NCBI RefSeq assembly: GCF_910588795.1
Contig: NZ_CAJURI010000003.1
DNA from: an uncultured Duncaniella sp.
GTDB taxonomy: Bacteria; Bacteroidota; Bacteroidia; Bacteroidales; Muribaculaceae
Length of the DNA: 64,000 nucleotides
Direction: 5' to 3' (one strand)
The translations under genes and the position numbers were made by a program. Shown here piece after piece: positions 1-10,900 of the stretch; the first letter of the stretch is position 1; the number at the start of each line of letters is the position of its first letter. A model generated the notes under the pieces. It was given only the letters and a program-made list of their open reading frames with translations, was not told the DNA's origin and made no database searches.

Positions 1-261
1 ATTATAGCACTGTTAGTGCTTATATACAACTATCTGACCATAGGGCAAGGCCATGAGGTGACCACATTCGCAGTATCCATATCCCTGTTCTGCGTGGTCA
101 TGTTCGCCTCGGTATTCGGTACATTCGTCCCGCTGACACTTGAAAAACTGAAGATCGACCCGGCTCTGGCCACAGGCCCCTTCATATCCATAACCAACGA
201 CATAATCGGCATGCTCATCTACATGAGCATATCCTCGTGGCTTATATTATCTCTGCACTGA
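1..261 (+). CDS. mgtE: Magnesium transporter MgtE, C-terminal part (truncated by window start)
   Basis: Hydrophobic helices with GTFVPL..KLKIDPALATGPFISITNDIIG, the MgtE membrane-domain signature. Confidence 0.85.
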   Translation: MIALLVLIYNYLTIGQGHEVTTFAVSISLFCVVMFASVFGTFVPLTLEKLKIDPALATGPFISITNDIIGMLIYMSISSWLILSLH

Positions 262-298
262 CTTTCCTGAATGGCGGCTCCTTCCGCTCGACATCCTG

Positions 299-898
299 CT
301 AATTCCGGAGCAGCTTTTTACCTGATTCGCCCTTGTAAAACTCCAGATTCCTGTGGTCAAACACAGAGACTCCGAACAATCCGTCACGCATCACTACCGT
401 GGCGGAATCGCCGTTGTGAATACGGCTGTAACTGCTCCGGGGCATCTCCACTAATTTGGTTCTTCCGTCAGCGAACCGCAATTGCAATTTATATGTATAA
501 TACGCCTCACCGTTGGCGACATACCTGCGCCCCACACGGCGAGTGCGGTGATGCTCCTCTCTGAAATGCCCTGCCACAACGGCAGTCTCCACACGTCGGG
601 TAGAATCGTCAGCAAGCATATCGTTCAACGCGAAAAAAGCGAATGTCAGACACACAGCCGTAACGACCGTATTACACAGACCGTTGAACAGTGCCGAATC
701 CGACCATGTAAGCGGCCTCCACAACCGCCACATATGGATAGACAAGGCAAGCCCTATACCTGAAGCGGCCACGGGGACTATCCACCAGTCAATAACAGCG
801 TCACTGTAAAGCAGCATTGACCATCCCGACAATCCCAGCACGACTATGATCGCCACAGCGATCATCACACCTCTGACAAATCTGTTTCCTCCGGACAT
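299..898 (-). CDS. Hypothetical membrane protein (about 3 N-terminal TM helices plus a basic beta-rich C-terminal domain)
   Basis: 199-aa ORF with hydrophobic segments; TACCTTTG promoter element upstream (925-932, minus strand). Confidence 0.7.
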   Translation of the reverse strand: MSGGNRFVRGVMIAVAIIVVLGLSGWSMLLYSDAVIDWWIVPVAASGIGLALSIHMWRLWRPLTWSDSALFNGLCNTVVTAVCLTFAFFALNDMLADDSTRRVETAVVAGHFREEHHRTRRVGRRYVANGEAYYTYKLQLRFADGRTKLVEMPRSSYSRIHNGDSATVVMRDGLFGVSVFDHRNLEFYKGESGKKLLRN

Positions 899-974
899 AT
901 GGTATTACAATTATAATTTCCCTGCAAAGGTAACCATATTTTCCAATATGCCCGCATGAAACTTTACGAGTGTC

Positions 975-1967
975 ATGGATGTTATGCATATAATCAACAT
1001 CCTCATGGTCACGCTCAACCGTCTATATTTGTCACTGCTGACTGCGGCACTTGCACTGCCGGAGACATCCTGCATATACGACGATCTGGAGCCATGTGAG
1101 GATGAGAAGGCAGAATTCACCATCATCAACGACTGGAATGCCGCACCAGAAGCCGACCCTGAAGGCATGGCATATCTGTTTTACCCGGAGAGCAGTGTCG
1201 ATCCATGGCGTTTTGACTTCGCCGGCAGAGAAGCTGGCAAAGTCCGGCTTCCCGAAGGCCGTTACAGCTTCATAATGTTCAATGACGACACCTCATCAAT
1301 CGAATTTATTGACGGGGATCACGGCAGCCTGTCTGCAACGACCAAAGAAGTGACAATAGGTTTTGACGCTCAAGTCGGGGAACTTAGGTCGTCTCCTGAC
1401 ATGATGTGGGCTGACGCAAGCAAACTTGTGAAACTTGATATAAACAGTGTGGAATACACCACATCCGAATACGACAAAAGGACAGAACTGATACATAATT
1501 CGGACATGCTCATGACAATACATCCAAGACAGATTATTGCATGTTACACACTCTATATCAACCATATTGAAAACCTAAGCGGTGTTGCATGCATGAAAGG
1601 CTTGATGTCGGGCTTGTCATCGGGCATAAACCTCAACACCAATACACGTTCCGAAAAAACGATAAGCGTGCCTTTTGACCTGACACGATCGTCGGACTCT
1701 GCTCTAATAGCCAAATTCCTTACTTTCGGCATCCCGGAATTACCGGTCAGCAATGGCAATAATATAATCATATTCTTCAAACTTTCTGACGGAAACATCA
1801 TAAAATATGAATTTGATAAAACCGAGGACATTCGCAATGCCGACGACCCGCTAAATGTAAAGCTTTACATCGATTCCATATCACTACCTTACGCCCCTCC
1901 TATCGAAGGAAACAGCGGATTTGCCCCAATCGTGACAGAATGGACTACTGTCATAGTGAACTATTAG
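975..1967 (+). CDS. DUF5119 / Mfa2-FimB-like fimbrial-associated lipoprotein
   Basis: Signal peptide ending in Cys (ETSC), DW..APEADPEGM..LFYP and G.Y....FNDD motifs, C-terminal GF.P.V.EW; the start could be ATG 1005. Confidence 0.7.
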   Translation: MDVMHIINILMVTLNRLYLSLLTAALALPETSCIYDDLEPCEDEKAEFTIINDWNAAPEADPEGMAYLFYPESSVDPWRFDFAGREAGKVRLPEGRYSFIMFNDDTSSIEFIDGDHGSLSATTKEVTIGFDAQVGELRSSPDMMWADASKLVKLDINSVEYTTSEYDKRTELIHNSDMLMTIHPRQIIACYTLYINHIENLSGVACMKGLMSGLSSGINLNTNTRSEKTISVPFDLTRSSDSALIAKFLTFGIPELPVSNGNNIIIFFKLSDGNIIKYEFDKTEDIRNADDPLNVKLYIDSISLPYAPPIEGNSGFAPIVTEWTTVIVNY

Positions 1968-2009
1968 AAATCGCAATTTGTTGAATATAATAACAAAACG
2001 GCATTGACT

Positions 2010-3026
2010 ATGAGACTTTTAATTGCAGCATCATTTATTCCGATCTTATTTCTGGGATCATGTTCCCAGGATAAGAACAGCATAGACACCCCACAGACGG
2101 GCATAGGCTTCTCGGCAACAGCCCCTAAAGCGTCACGTGCTGCCGCCACAACCACAGCTTCACTCCAAGAATTCATAGTCTATGCATATACTGAATCCAC
2201 CATCCTCATGGATGGTGTGACCGTAAGCCGCGACGGTGGCTCATGGACCTACTCTCCAATAGTATATTGGCCCGGGACTGCCGTTAATTTTTACGCTATA
2301 AGCCCTGATATACGAGGGTACGTGCCTGAAAGTTCCGACGGCAGCCATACCATACGGGAGATGACTTATGGCGGAACAGACCTGATCTATGCCGTCAGTC
2401 TTAATCAGCATGAACGCCCTACCCCTGTTGACCTCACATTCAGGCACGCAATGAGCAAGATCGCAGTAATGCTTTCAAGCGCCAACAGCAAATACAACAT
2501 CAAAGTATATCATGTGTTGCTGAGAAACATCTTTCTCAAAGGTGATTTCTCTTTGCCTGATGAGACAACCACCAATGTCACAGCGGAAGGGGAATGGGAA
2601 AACCTGGACCTAAAATCCGATGCAATGGTGTTTTATGATCACGGCACACCTATATCACTATCATCCACACCAGTAGACATCACCAGCAATAATCTTGATG
2701 CATCATTCTTTGTGCCGCAGCCACTTGACCCGTTCAGCTTCACGACCAGCGGACAATTCTCCGGCGGATATATCCAGGTGGACTGTGAGATCATAGACAA
2801 AGCCTCCGGCAAAAAGATATGGCCAAGCGAATATACCCCTGACTATCTTCTTGTGGACAACAGTCCTTGTGGCAGAATGCTTTTTCCGCTCCTGACAGCA
2901 GACGTAAAAAAATGGCATCAGGGATATTCCTACATCTATAATATCATCATAAACAATTCATATGTTCTTGACACCATTGAATTCCAGCCCGGAGTGATTG
3001 ATTTCACAGAAGAACAGCCATACTGA
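2010..3026 (+). CDS. Fimbrillin-family (Mfa-like, type V pilin) lipoprotein
   Basis: Lipobox LGSC, SRAA processing-like site, [31 protein letters not shown] pilin motifs. Confidence 0.8.
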   Translation: MRLLIAASFIPILFLGSCSQDKNSIDTPQTGIGFSATAPKASRAAATTTASLQEFIVYAYTESTILMDGVTVSRDGGSWTYSPIVYWPGTAVNFYAISPDIRGYVPESSDGSHTIREMTYGGTDLIYAVSLNQHERPTPVDLTFRHAMSKIAVMLSSANSKYNIKVYHVLLRNIFLKGDFSLPDETTTNVTAEGEWENLDLKSDAMVFYDHGTPISLSSTPVDITSNNLDASFFVPQPLDPFSFTTSGQFSGGYIQVDCEIIDKASGKKIWPSEYTPDYLLVDNSPCGRMLFPLLTADVKKWHQGYSYIYNIIINNSYVLDTIEFQPGVIDFTEEQPY

Positions 3027-3065
3027 TCTATCTGTCACTCACAATACACAAACGCCAAAGGAACA

Positions 3066-3113
3066 ATCAAATGAGCATGCTTGCGGCATAAGCCGAAGCC
3101 ATGCTCATTTGAT
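3066..3113. terminator. Stem-loop after the fimbrillin gene
   Basis: ATCAAATGAGCATG...CATGCTCATTTGAT inverted repeat. Confidence 0.6.
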
Positions 3114-3225
3114 TTATGCCATATACACATCCGATATAGCCCAAACTGAATATCCCTCTTGTAAATGTCGCATGGAAGATGTAATTTTGCACTATAAATC
3201 AAAAACATCACCCAACATTACCGCA

Positions 3226-5268
3226 ATGGAAAAGAAATTCAAGCGCACACTCATAACCACCGCTCTCCCATATGCCAACGGACCGGTACACATCGGCCAC
3301 CTTGCCGGGGTCTACGTACCCGCCGACATATATGCACGTTTCCTACGTCTCAGAGGTGAGGACGTAGTGATGATAGGAGGCAGCGACGAACACGGGGTGC
3401 CCATCACCCTGCGTGCACGCAAGGAAGGCGTCACGCCACAGGAGATCGTTGACCGCTATCACGCGATCATCAAGGACTCTCTTGAGGAGTTAGGAGTATC
3501 GTTTGACATATATTCCCGCACAACATCCGACATACACAATGCCACAGCATCCGAATTCTTCCGCCGTCTTTACGACAAAGGGGAATTCACAGTTCAGACA
3601 GCCCTCCAGCCTTACGACGAAAAAGGGGGCGAATTCCTCGCCGACCGTTACGTGATAGGCACATGCCCCAAGTGCGGCAACGAGCGGGCATATGGTGACC
3701 AGTGCGAGGCCTGCGGATCATCACTTAACGTGACCGACCTCATAAACCCTTGCTCGGCACTCACCGGCGAACCGGTGAAGATGCGCGAGACCACCCACTG
3801 GTATCTTCCCCTCGACCGATGGGAAAGCAGGCTGCGCGAATGGATTCTCGAAGGACACAAGGAGTGGAAGACCAACGTGTACGGACAGTGCAAGTCATGG
3901 CTCGACGGAGGCCTGCAGCCGCGTGCCGTGAGCCGCGACCTGAACTGGGGAGTGCCCGTGCCTGTTGAAGGAGCCGAAGGCAAAGTCCTTTACGTATGGT
4001 TTGACGCCCCGATCGGCTATATATCCAACACCAAAGAACTGCTCCCCGACAGCTGGGAACGCTATTGGAAAGATCCAGAGACCCGGATAATCAACTTCAT
4101 CGGCAAGGACAACATAGTGTTTCACTGCATAGTGTTCCCCGCAATGCTCATGGCCTACGGAGACAACTTCCAGCTCCCCGACAATGTGCCCGCCAATGAA
4201 TTCCTCAACCTCGAAGGGGACAAGATATCCACCTCGCGCAACTGGGCAGTGTGGCTCCACGAATACCTCAAGGACTTCCCCGGCAAGCAGGATGTGCTTC
4301 GCTACGTGCTCACAGCCAATGCTCCGGAGACCAAGGACAATGACTTCACATGGGCTGACTTCCAGGCACGCAACAACAACGAACTGGTGGCTATACTCGG
4401 CAATTTCGTCAACCGCGCATTAGTGCTGACCCATAAGTTCTTTGGCGGAGTGGTCCCCGCGGCCGGAGATCTCACCGACGCCGACAGGCAGGCCCTCGAG
4501 GAAATGAAAGCCGCCATAAAGGCCGAGACCGAAGCACTCGACACCTTCCACTTCCGCGAAGCCCTGAAACAGGCCATGGAGATAGCGCGCACAGGCAACC
4601 GCTACCTGCAGGAGACAGAGCCATGGCGCGTAGCCAAAACCGACCTGACACGCACCGGCACCATCCTGAACATAGCATTGCAGATATGCGCCAACATAGC
4701 GATAGCCTTCGAGCCGTTCATACCCTTCACCGCATCACGCCTCGCCGGAATGCTGCGCATAAAAGACCTGAGATGGCAGGACCTCGGCTCTGTAAGCCTT
4801 GTCTCACCGGGCATGGAACTCGGACAGCCAGAACTCCTTTTCGAGAAAATCGAAGACACCGTGATCCAGGGTCAGGTGCAGAAGCTCCTCGACACAAAAA
4901 AAGCCAACGAGATAGCAGCATGGAAGCCACAACCTCAGGCCGAAGAGGTGGACTTCGACACCTTCTGCCGCAGCGACCTGCGTGTGGGCACAGTGTTGGA
5001 ATGCACCAAAGTCCCCAAGGCCGACAAGCTCCTCCGCTTCCTCATTGACGACGGCATGGAGAAACGCACCATAGTGTCAGGCATCGCAAAATACTACAAC
5101 CCCGAGGACCTCATAGGCAAGCAGGTATGCTTCATAGCCAACCTGCCTGTGCGAAAGCTCAAGGGGATAGAATCTCAAGGCATGATCCTCTCGGCCGAGA
5201 ACAGCGACGGCTCAATCGTACTGCTCACACCTTCCGCCCAAGTGGCTCCCGGATCCAAAATCGGATAA
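3226..5268 (+). CDS. metG: Methionine--tRNA ligase with C-terminal tRNA-binding domain
   Basis: [15 protein letters not shown] (HIGH), Zn-knuckle CPKC/CEAC, KISTS (KMSKS variant), C-terminal Trbp111-like OB domain; start MEKKFKR at 3226; TAATTTTG promoter at 3182-3189. Confidence 0.97.
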   Translation: MEKKFKRTLITTALPYANGPVHIGHLAGVYVPADIYARFLRLRGEDVVMIGGSDEHGVPITLRARKEGVTPQEIVDRYHAIIKDSLEELGVSFDIYSRTTSDIHNATASEFFRRLYDKGEFTVQTALQPYDEKGGEFLADRYVIGTCPKCGNERAYGDQCEACGSSLNVTDLINPCSALTGEPVKMRETTHWYLPLDRWESRLREWILEGHKEWKTNVYGQCKSWLDGGLQPRAVSRDLNWGVPVPVEGAEGKVLYVWFDAPIGYISNTKELLPDSWERYWKDPETRIINFIGKDNIVFHCIVFPAMLMAYGDNFQLPDNVPANEFLNLEGDKISTSRNWAVWLHEYLKDFPGKQDVLRYVLTANAPETKDNDFTWADFQARNNNELVAILGNFVNRALVLTHKFFGGVVPAAGDLTDADRQALEEMKAAIKAETEALDTFHFREALKQAMEIARTGNRYLQETEPWRVAKTDLTRTGTILNIALQICANIAIAFEPFIPFTASRLAGMLRIKDLRWQDLGSVSLVSPGMELGQPELLFEKIEDTVIQGQVQKLLDTKKANEIAAWKPQPQAEEVDFDTFCRSDLRVGTVLECTKVPKADKLLRFLIDDGMEKRTIVSGIAKYYNPEDLIGKQVCFIANLPVRKLKGIESQGMILSAENSDGSIVLLTPSAQVAPGSKIG

Positions 5269-5283
5269 CAATAATAACCAACC

Positions 5284-6315
5284 ATGGAACACACTCCTCG
5301 CATCCTCATCATCTATACCGGAGGCACGATCGGAATGATCGAGAACGCCGAGACCAAGGCTCTCGAACCGTTTGACTTCTCACATCTGATCGACAATGTG
5401 CCCAAAATAAAGATGCTTGAGTACCACATCGACAATATACAGTTCACCCCCATAGACTCATGCGACATGGGGCCCGACGGATGGAAAGACATAGCTCATG
5501 CCATTGCGGAGAACTATGACAGCTACGACGGATTCGTAGTGCTGCACGGCACCGACACCATGGCCTATACCGCATCGGCCCTGTCATTCATGCTTGCCCA
5601 TCTCGACAAGCCGGTAATCATAACAGGGTCACAGCTTCCAATAGGCGAGGTGAGGACCGACGGTGAGGAAAACCTCATCACCGCCCTGCAGATAGCAGCC
5701 GCGACCGACTACAACGGAGACCCGATGGTACAGGAGGTGGCGATACTGTTCGAGAACTATCTCTGGAGGGGCAACCGCTCAACAAAGATGAGTGCCGACA
5801 ACTTCAATGCCTTCAAGAGCAACAACTATCCGGAACTCGCAAAAATAGGACTCGGCATACACTTTCAGGAAAAGGCCTTGCGCCGCCCCAATGAACGACG
5901 CCCCCTGCACGTGGCCACCAACATGGACCGCGGAGTGATCACCGTGGACCTGCATCCGGGCATGAGCCGCGAAGCTCTCCACCACATCCTCAACACACCG
6001 GGCATAAAAGGGATAGTGCTGCGCACCTACGGTGCCGGCAACGCTCCTACAACCCCATGGTTCCTTGAAGAGATAAAAAACACAGTGGACAGCGGAATAG
6101 TGATAGTCAATGTCACACAATGTGTCAACGGAGGTGTGCACTCCCGACGCTATGTCTCCGGCGACCGCCTCGCAAAATGCGGTGTGATCTCAGGCCATGA
6201 CATGACATCCGAAGCCGCCATCACCAAACTGATGTATCTGTTCGGACTCGGACTCACACCCTCAGCCGTGGCAGCACGCTTCTCTGTCAATCTGTGTGGC
6301 GAAGTGACCCTTTAG
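5284..6315 (+). CDS. ansA: Type I (cytoplasmic) L-asparaginase
   Basis: YTGGTIGM, HGTDTMAYTAS, TGSQLP motifs; no signal peptide. Confidence 0.95.
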   Translation: MEHTPRILIIYTGGTIGMIENAETKALEPFDFSHLIDNVPKIKMLEYHIDNIQFTPIDSCDMGPDGWKDIAHAIAENYDSYDGFVVLHGTDTMAYTASALSFMLAHLDKPVIITGSQLPIGEVRTDGEENLITALQIAAATDYNGDPMVQEVAILFENYLWRGNRSTKMSADNFNAFKSNNYPELAKIGLGIHFQEKALRRPNERRPLHVATNMDRGVITVDLHPGMSREALHHILNTPGIKGIVLRTYGAGNAPTTPWFLEEIKNTVDSGIVIVNVTQCVNGGVHSRRYVSGDRLAKCGVISGHDMTSEAAITKLMYLFGLGLTPSAVAARFSVNLCGEVTL

Positions 6316-6348
6316 CAATAAAAAGCCGAAAAATAAAGACAAAGGACA

Positions 6349-6380
6349 GGGCCCTGCATGAACATCGGTATGCAGGGCCC
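6349..6380 (+). terminator. Putative terminator after ansA
   Basis: GGGCCCTGCAT...ATGCAGGGCCC 11-bp stem followed by a T-rich tract. Confidence 0.6.
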
Positions 6381-6442
6381 ATATATTGTCTTTCTTATTA
6401 CTTTTTACAACTTTTTAAGTTGTATAGTCCACATTTTATCTC

Positions 6443-6450
6443 TATCTTTG
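6443..6450 (+). promoter_or_regulatory. Bacteroidetes sigma-70 -7 element (TATCTTTG)
   Basis: Matches the TAnnTTTG consensus; lies upstream of the small ORF at 6644. Confidence 0.55.
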
Positions 6451-6478
6451 CACATAAGATTACATCTTTTCACAACCA

Positions 6479-6519
6479 TAAACATAGCACATATACTTTA
6501 AACATAGCACATATACTTT
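6479..6519. repeat. Perfect 20-bp tandem duplication (TAAACATAGCACATATACTT x2)
   Basis: Directly visible in the sequence. Confidence 0.9.
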
Positions 6520-6643
6520 TCCTGTATTAATAAACGTTAAATTCATTCGTCTCTACAAACTTTAAGGCAGGATGACTTGTTAGTCCTGAAGTTACCGTAA
6601 ATATATCTTGTCCTTTTTTTAACTACCTTTAAACAGAACCTAC

Positions 6644-6817
6644 ATGGAAACTTTATTTCTTGATTACTTAAGCTACGGGCTACAGAAGCCACAGCCCCCA
6701 ACCGACAATTCAACAAACAAAAAAACAGCGTCATATGAATATATGGCCGACTGGACACCCAATCAGGAACCCGCATCACCCAGACAAGCCACACCATATC
6801 TTGCTGACTGGAGATAG
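6644..6817 (+). CDS. Unannotated 57-aa small protein with a repeated Y[ML]ADW motif
   Basis: METLFLDYLSYGLQKPQPPTDNSTNKKTASYEYMADWTPNQEPASPRQATPYLADWR*; A-rich initiation context, upstream promoter, downstream 17-bp hairpin. Confidence 0.45.
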   Translation: METLFLDYLSYGLQKPQPPTDNSTNKKTASYEYMADWTPNQEPASPRQATPYLADWR

Positions 6818-6843
6818 CCGAAAGTATTGATGACAGAAGATAC

Positions 6844-6888
6844 TGACAACTGCAGGAATGTTCTTTACAGGCATTCCTGCAGTTGTCA
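6844..6888. terminator. Strong stem-loop after the small ORF
   Basis: 17-bp perfect arms TGACAACTGCAGGAATG / CATTCCTGCAGTTGTCA. Confidence 0.65.
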
Positions 6889-7021
6889 TATGAGGCTGAT
6901 ACCAGAGATGTGAAGAGATGAATCATCAATTTTGACTTTTGAAAAATATATCGTACATTTGCATTAAGTTTATTCAATCATCAACCAACCATAATACCGG
7001 TTAAAACACGTTCTCATTTTT

Positions 7022-7945
7022 ATGGAAACAACACGCGTTTCCGCAAAGAGCAATCTTTGGATCTATCACATATTCGCCTGCCTTTCTGTGACGGCATGGG
7101 GATTGTCATTCATATCCACACGAGTATTGCTTGACAACGGGCTTCATCCCATCGAGATCTACATCTACCGTTCATCAATCGCGTACATCGCGCTTCTCAG
7201 CATCTGCCACAATCGACTGTTAGCCAACAATCTGAAGGATGAGCTTCTGTTCGTCCTGTGCGGCATAGTGGCAGGATCGGTATACTTTATAGCTGAGAAT
7301 GTCGCGCTTGAGTACACACTTGTGAGCAACGTCTCGCTCATCACCGCCCTCCCCCCCTTACTCACAGTGCTGCTCGTGGGCATAGTCTACAAATCCGACC
7401 GCCCCGGCAAAGGCGCGTACATAGGATCGGTGGTGGCATTCATCGGAGTTGGCCTCGTGATATTCAACAGCAGCTTCAACATGAGCATCAACCCTCTCGG
7501 TGACTTCCTGGCTCTGCTCGCTGCATTCTGCTGGGCTATCTACGGGCTTCTGCTCAAGCCGCTCAACGCCCATTACGATGCGAAATTCATAACACGCAAA
7601 GTGTTCTTCTACGGAGTGATCACAGCACTCCCGTTCCTGTCGATCGAGCCGGAGATAGCTCCCTTTGAGATACTGCTGCGCCCCACAGTGATATACAATC
7701 TGCTCTTCCTTGCGCTTGTGTGCTCGCTCGGAGCATTCCTCCTGTGGGCATATACCGTAATAAAGATAGGCGCGGTCACCGCATCCAACTATCTGTACTT
7801 CCAGCCCGTGATCACACTCATATTCTCCGTGCTAATACTCGACGAGCCCCTTACACTCATAGGGTGTTCGGGATGCGCGCTCATACTCACCGGAGTGTGG
7901 CTCTCGGACTATCTGCAACGCATGAACTGGAGACGGCGCGCATAG
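7022..7945 (+). CDS. DMT/EamA family transporter
   Basis: About 10 TM helices in two repeats, WGLSFIS and YLYFQPV motifs; TACATTTG promoter at 6954-6961. Confidence 0.9.
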   Translation: METTRVSAKSNLWIYHIFACLSVTAWGLSFISTRVLLDNGLHPIEIYIYRSSIAYIALLSICHNRLLANNLKDELLFVLCGIVAGSVYFIAENVALEYTLVSNVSLITALPPLLTVLLVGIVYKSDRPGKGAYIGSVVAFIGVGLVIFNSSFNMSINPLGDFLALLAAFCWAIYGLLLKPLNAHYDAKFITRKVFFYGVITALPFLSIEPEIAPFEILLRPTVIYNLLFLALVCSLGAFLLWAYTVIKIGAVTASNYLYFQPVITLIFSVLILDEPLTLIGCSGCALILTGVWLSDYLQRMNWRRRA

Positions 7946-7976
7946 ATCTTAACGGAAATCATAAACCAATCAATAA

Positions 7977-10900
7977 ATGAAACATTTAGTCTCATCATTA
8001 CTTCTTGCAGCTGCCGCCGTTTCGGCCACCGCTGCAACTCCCCTGTGGCTGAGGGACGTGAAGATCTCTCCCGACGGCAAGTCCATTGCCTTCACCTACA
8101 AAGGGGACATATTCACAGTGCCCGCATCGGGCGGAGAAGCCAAACGCCTCACCACAGCCGAGTCATACGAGTCAGTGCCCGTATGGTCACCCGACGGCAA
8201 ATCCATAGCCTTTGCAAGCGACCGCAACGGAGGCCAGGACATATTTATAATGGATGCCAAAGGCGGACCGGCAACTCAGCTCACATTCAACTCCGTGTCA
8301 GAGATACCGCAGGGCTTCACTCCCGACGGAAAATTCGTGGTGTACTCCGCTACGATCCAGGCTCCCGCTGCAAGCCTCGTATACCCCAGCTCACGCATGG
8401 GGCAGCTGTACAAAGTACCTGCCGAAGGTGGACGTCCCCAACAGATACTCGGCACACCGGCTCTCAACATAAGCTATCTGCCTGACGGAAATTCATTCCT
8501 TTATCAGGATGACAAGGGGACAGAGAACGAGTGGCGCAAGCACCACACATCCTCTGTGACACGTGACATATGGCGTTACGATGCCAAGACCGGGCGTCAC
8601 ACCAACCTCACCTCACGCGGCGGCGAAGACCGCAACCCCGTGATAGGCGGTGACGGAGAGACCGTGTATTTCCTGAGCGAGCGCAACGGAGGAAGCTTCA
8701 ACGTATACTCCTTCCCCCTCTCCGACCCCTCCAAAGTGTCGGCAGTGACCAAATTCACCACCCATCCGGTAAGGTTTCTTTCACGCGGAGCCGACGGCAC
8801 CCTGGCATTCACATATAACGGCGAAATATACACTGTAAGCGACAAGGGAGGCAAACCTGCCAAAGTTGCCATCGACATCGTAACCGACAACGTCGAACAG
8901 GTGATGCGCCGCAAAGTAGGCTCCGCTTCTGAAGCAGCAGTATCGCCCAATGGCAAGCAGGTGGCATTCGTAAGCCACGGCGACATATTTGTGACATCCG
9001 TGGAATACCCTTCCACACGCCAGATCACCAAGACACCTCAGGGCGAAGGACACCCGTCGTGGGGAGCTGACAACCGCACACTCTATTATACTTCCGACCG
9101 TGACGGCCACAAAAACATCTACCGCGCCACCATCAACCGGAAAGACGATCCCAACTTCTCCAACGCCACTCTCATCGAGGAGACACCCGTGTTCCCCGCA
9201 AAGGACAATGTGGACCGTCAGGATCCCATTATCTCACCCAACGGCGAGCTCATGGCATTCATTCAGGACGGCAACAAGATCGCTGTCATGAACCTGAAGA
9301 CACGCAAGACACGCCTCCTCACCAACGGAGAGACCTACACAGCCCGCGACGGAGGCATAACCCTTGACTGGTCGCCCGACAGCGAATGGCTTGCCGCCAC
9401 AATAGACGTGCACCAGCGCGACCCCTACTATGACATAGCAATCATAAACGCCACTACCGGTGAGCTCACCAACATCACCAACGATGCCTACATGAACAGC
9501 AATCCCCGATGGGTGATGAACGGCAACGCCATCATATACACAAGCGACCGCTTCGGAATGAAGAACCACGCTTCATGGGGCGCGACCAACGACGTGCTCA
9601 TGGTATTCACCAACCGAGACGCATACGACCGCTACCGCCTTTCCGATGAAGACTTCGCCCTGCTGAAAGAGGTTGAGAAATCACAAAAAGCCGGCAAACA
9701 GTCTGCATCAAAAGACGACAAAAAGAAAGACAAGAAAAAAGGTGACAAGAAGGACAGCAAAAAGGACAGCAAGGACGCCAAGAAAGAAGACGCCAAACCA
9801 TCCGACGCTGTCAAGGTGGAGCTCGACGGAATTCAGGACCGTATAGTCCGCCTCACACCGTTCTCGTCAAGCCTCGGCGACAGCTATGTGGACAATGACG
9901 GCGAGAATCTCTACTTCATGTCACGTGTCGACAACGGCTATGACCTGTGGAAGAAGAGCCTCCGCAAAGGCGATGTCGCACTGTTCAAGAAGATGGGAGC
10001 CGGCGGCGTGTCGTTCCAGCCTGACGCATCAGGCAAGAACCTCTTCCTCTTCGGCTCATCACTCCGCAAGATGTCACTGCCCGGAGGCAACATCAGCAGC
10101 ATATCTTTCAACGCCACACAGGAGATCGACCCCGTCAAGGAACGCGAATACATGTATGAATTCATTGTTGACCAGGAGGCAAAACGATTCCTTGTCAAGG
10201 ACATGTTCGGCGTGGACTGGAAAGGCTACACCGACAACTACCGCAAGTTCCTGCCACATATCAACAACAACTATGACTTCTCGGAACTCGCCAGCGAACT
10301 TCTCGGCGAACTCAATGTAAGCCACACCGGCAGCGGCTATCGTGCCGGAGGAAGCCAGGAGCCTACAGCATCGCTCGGACTGCTCTACGACCTCACCTAC
10401 ACAGGCAAGGGACTGAAAGTATCGGAGATTCTGAAGAGAGGACCGTTTGACCGTGCGAGCACACGCATGACTCCGGGAGCGGTGATCACCGCTATCGACG
10501 GCACATCGCTCAACGATGAGACCGATCCTCTGGCATCGCTGAACTCACGCGTCCGCACAAAGACACTCGTGGCATTCACACTCCCCTCGGGCGAAAAGGT
10601 TGAGGAGGTGATACTCCCCACCAACAACGGCTCATACAACGCCATGCTCTATGACCGCTGGCTCGAGCGCAACCGCCACATAGTTGACTCTATCTCGGGA
10701 GGACGTCTCGGATACGTGCACCTCGAATCGATGGACGACGCCTCATACCGCTCAATATATGCCGATGTCCTCGGTAAATACGCTGACCGCGAGGGTATAA
10801 TAATCGACACCCGCTTCAATGGCGGAGGCCGTCTGCATGAGGATATCGAGGTGCTCTTCAGCGGCAAGAAATATCTCACTCAGGAGATACGCGGCGTGAA

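Noticed and set aside
2998..3225. 76-aa N-terminal extension of MetG in the ORF track
   Set aside because: It spans a terminator and a TAnnTTTG promoter; the true start is most likely ATG 3226.
6543..6977. 144-aa minus-strand ORF in the ansA-EamA gap
   Set aside because: It runs through a strong hairpin and the EamA promoter and is Cys/Leu-rich without motifs; the + strand small ORF has better context.
9710..9800. Repetitive AAG/GAC-rich stretch in the S41 protease
   Set aside because: Encodes a KKD-rich low-complexity linker typical of tricorn-like proteases; not a DNA repeat element.
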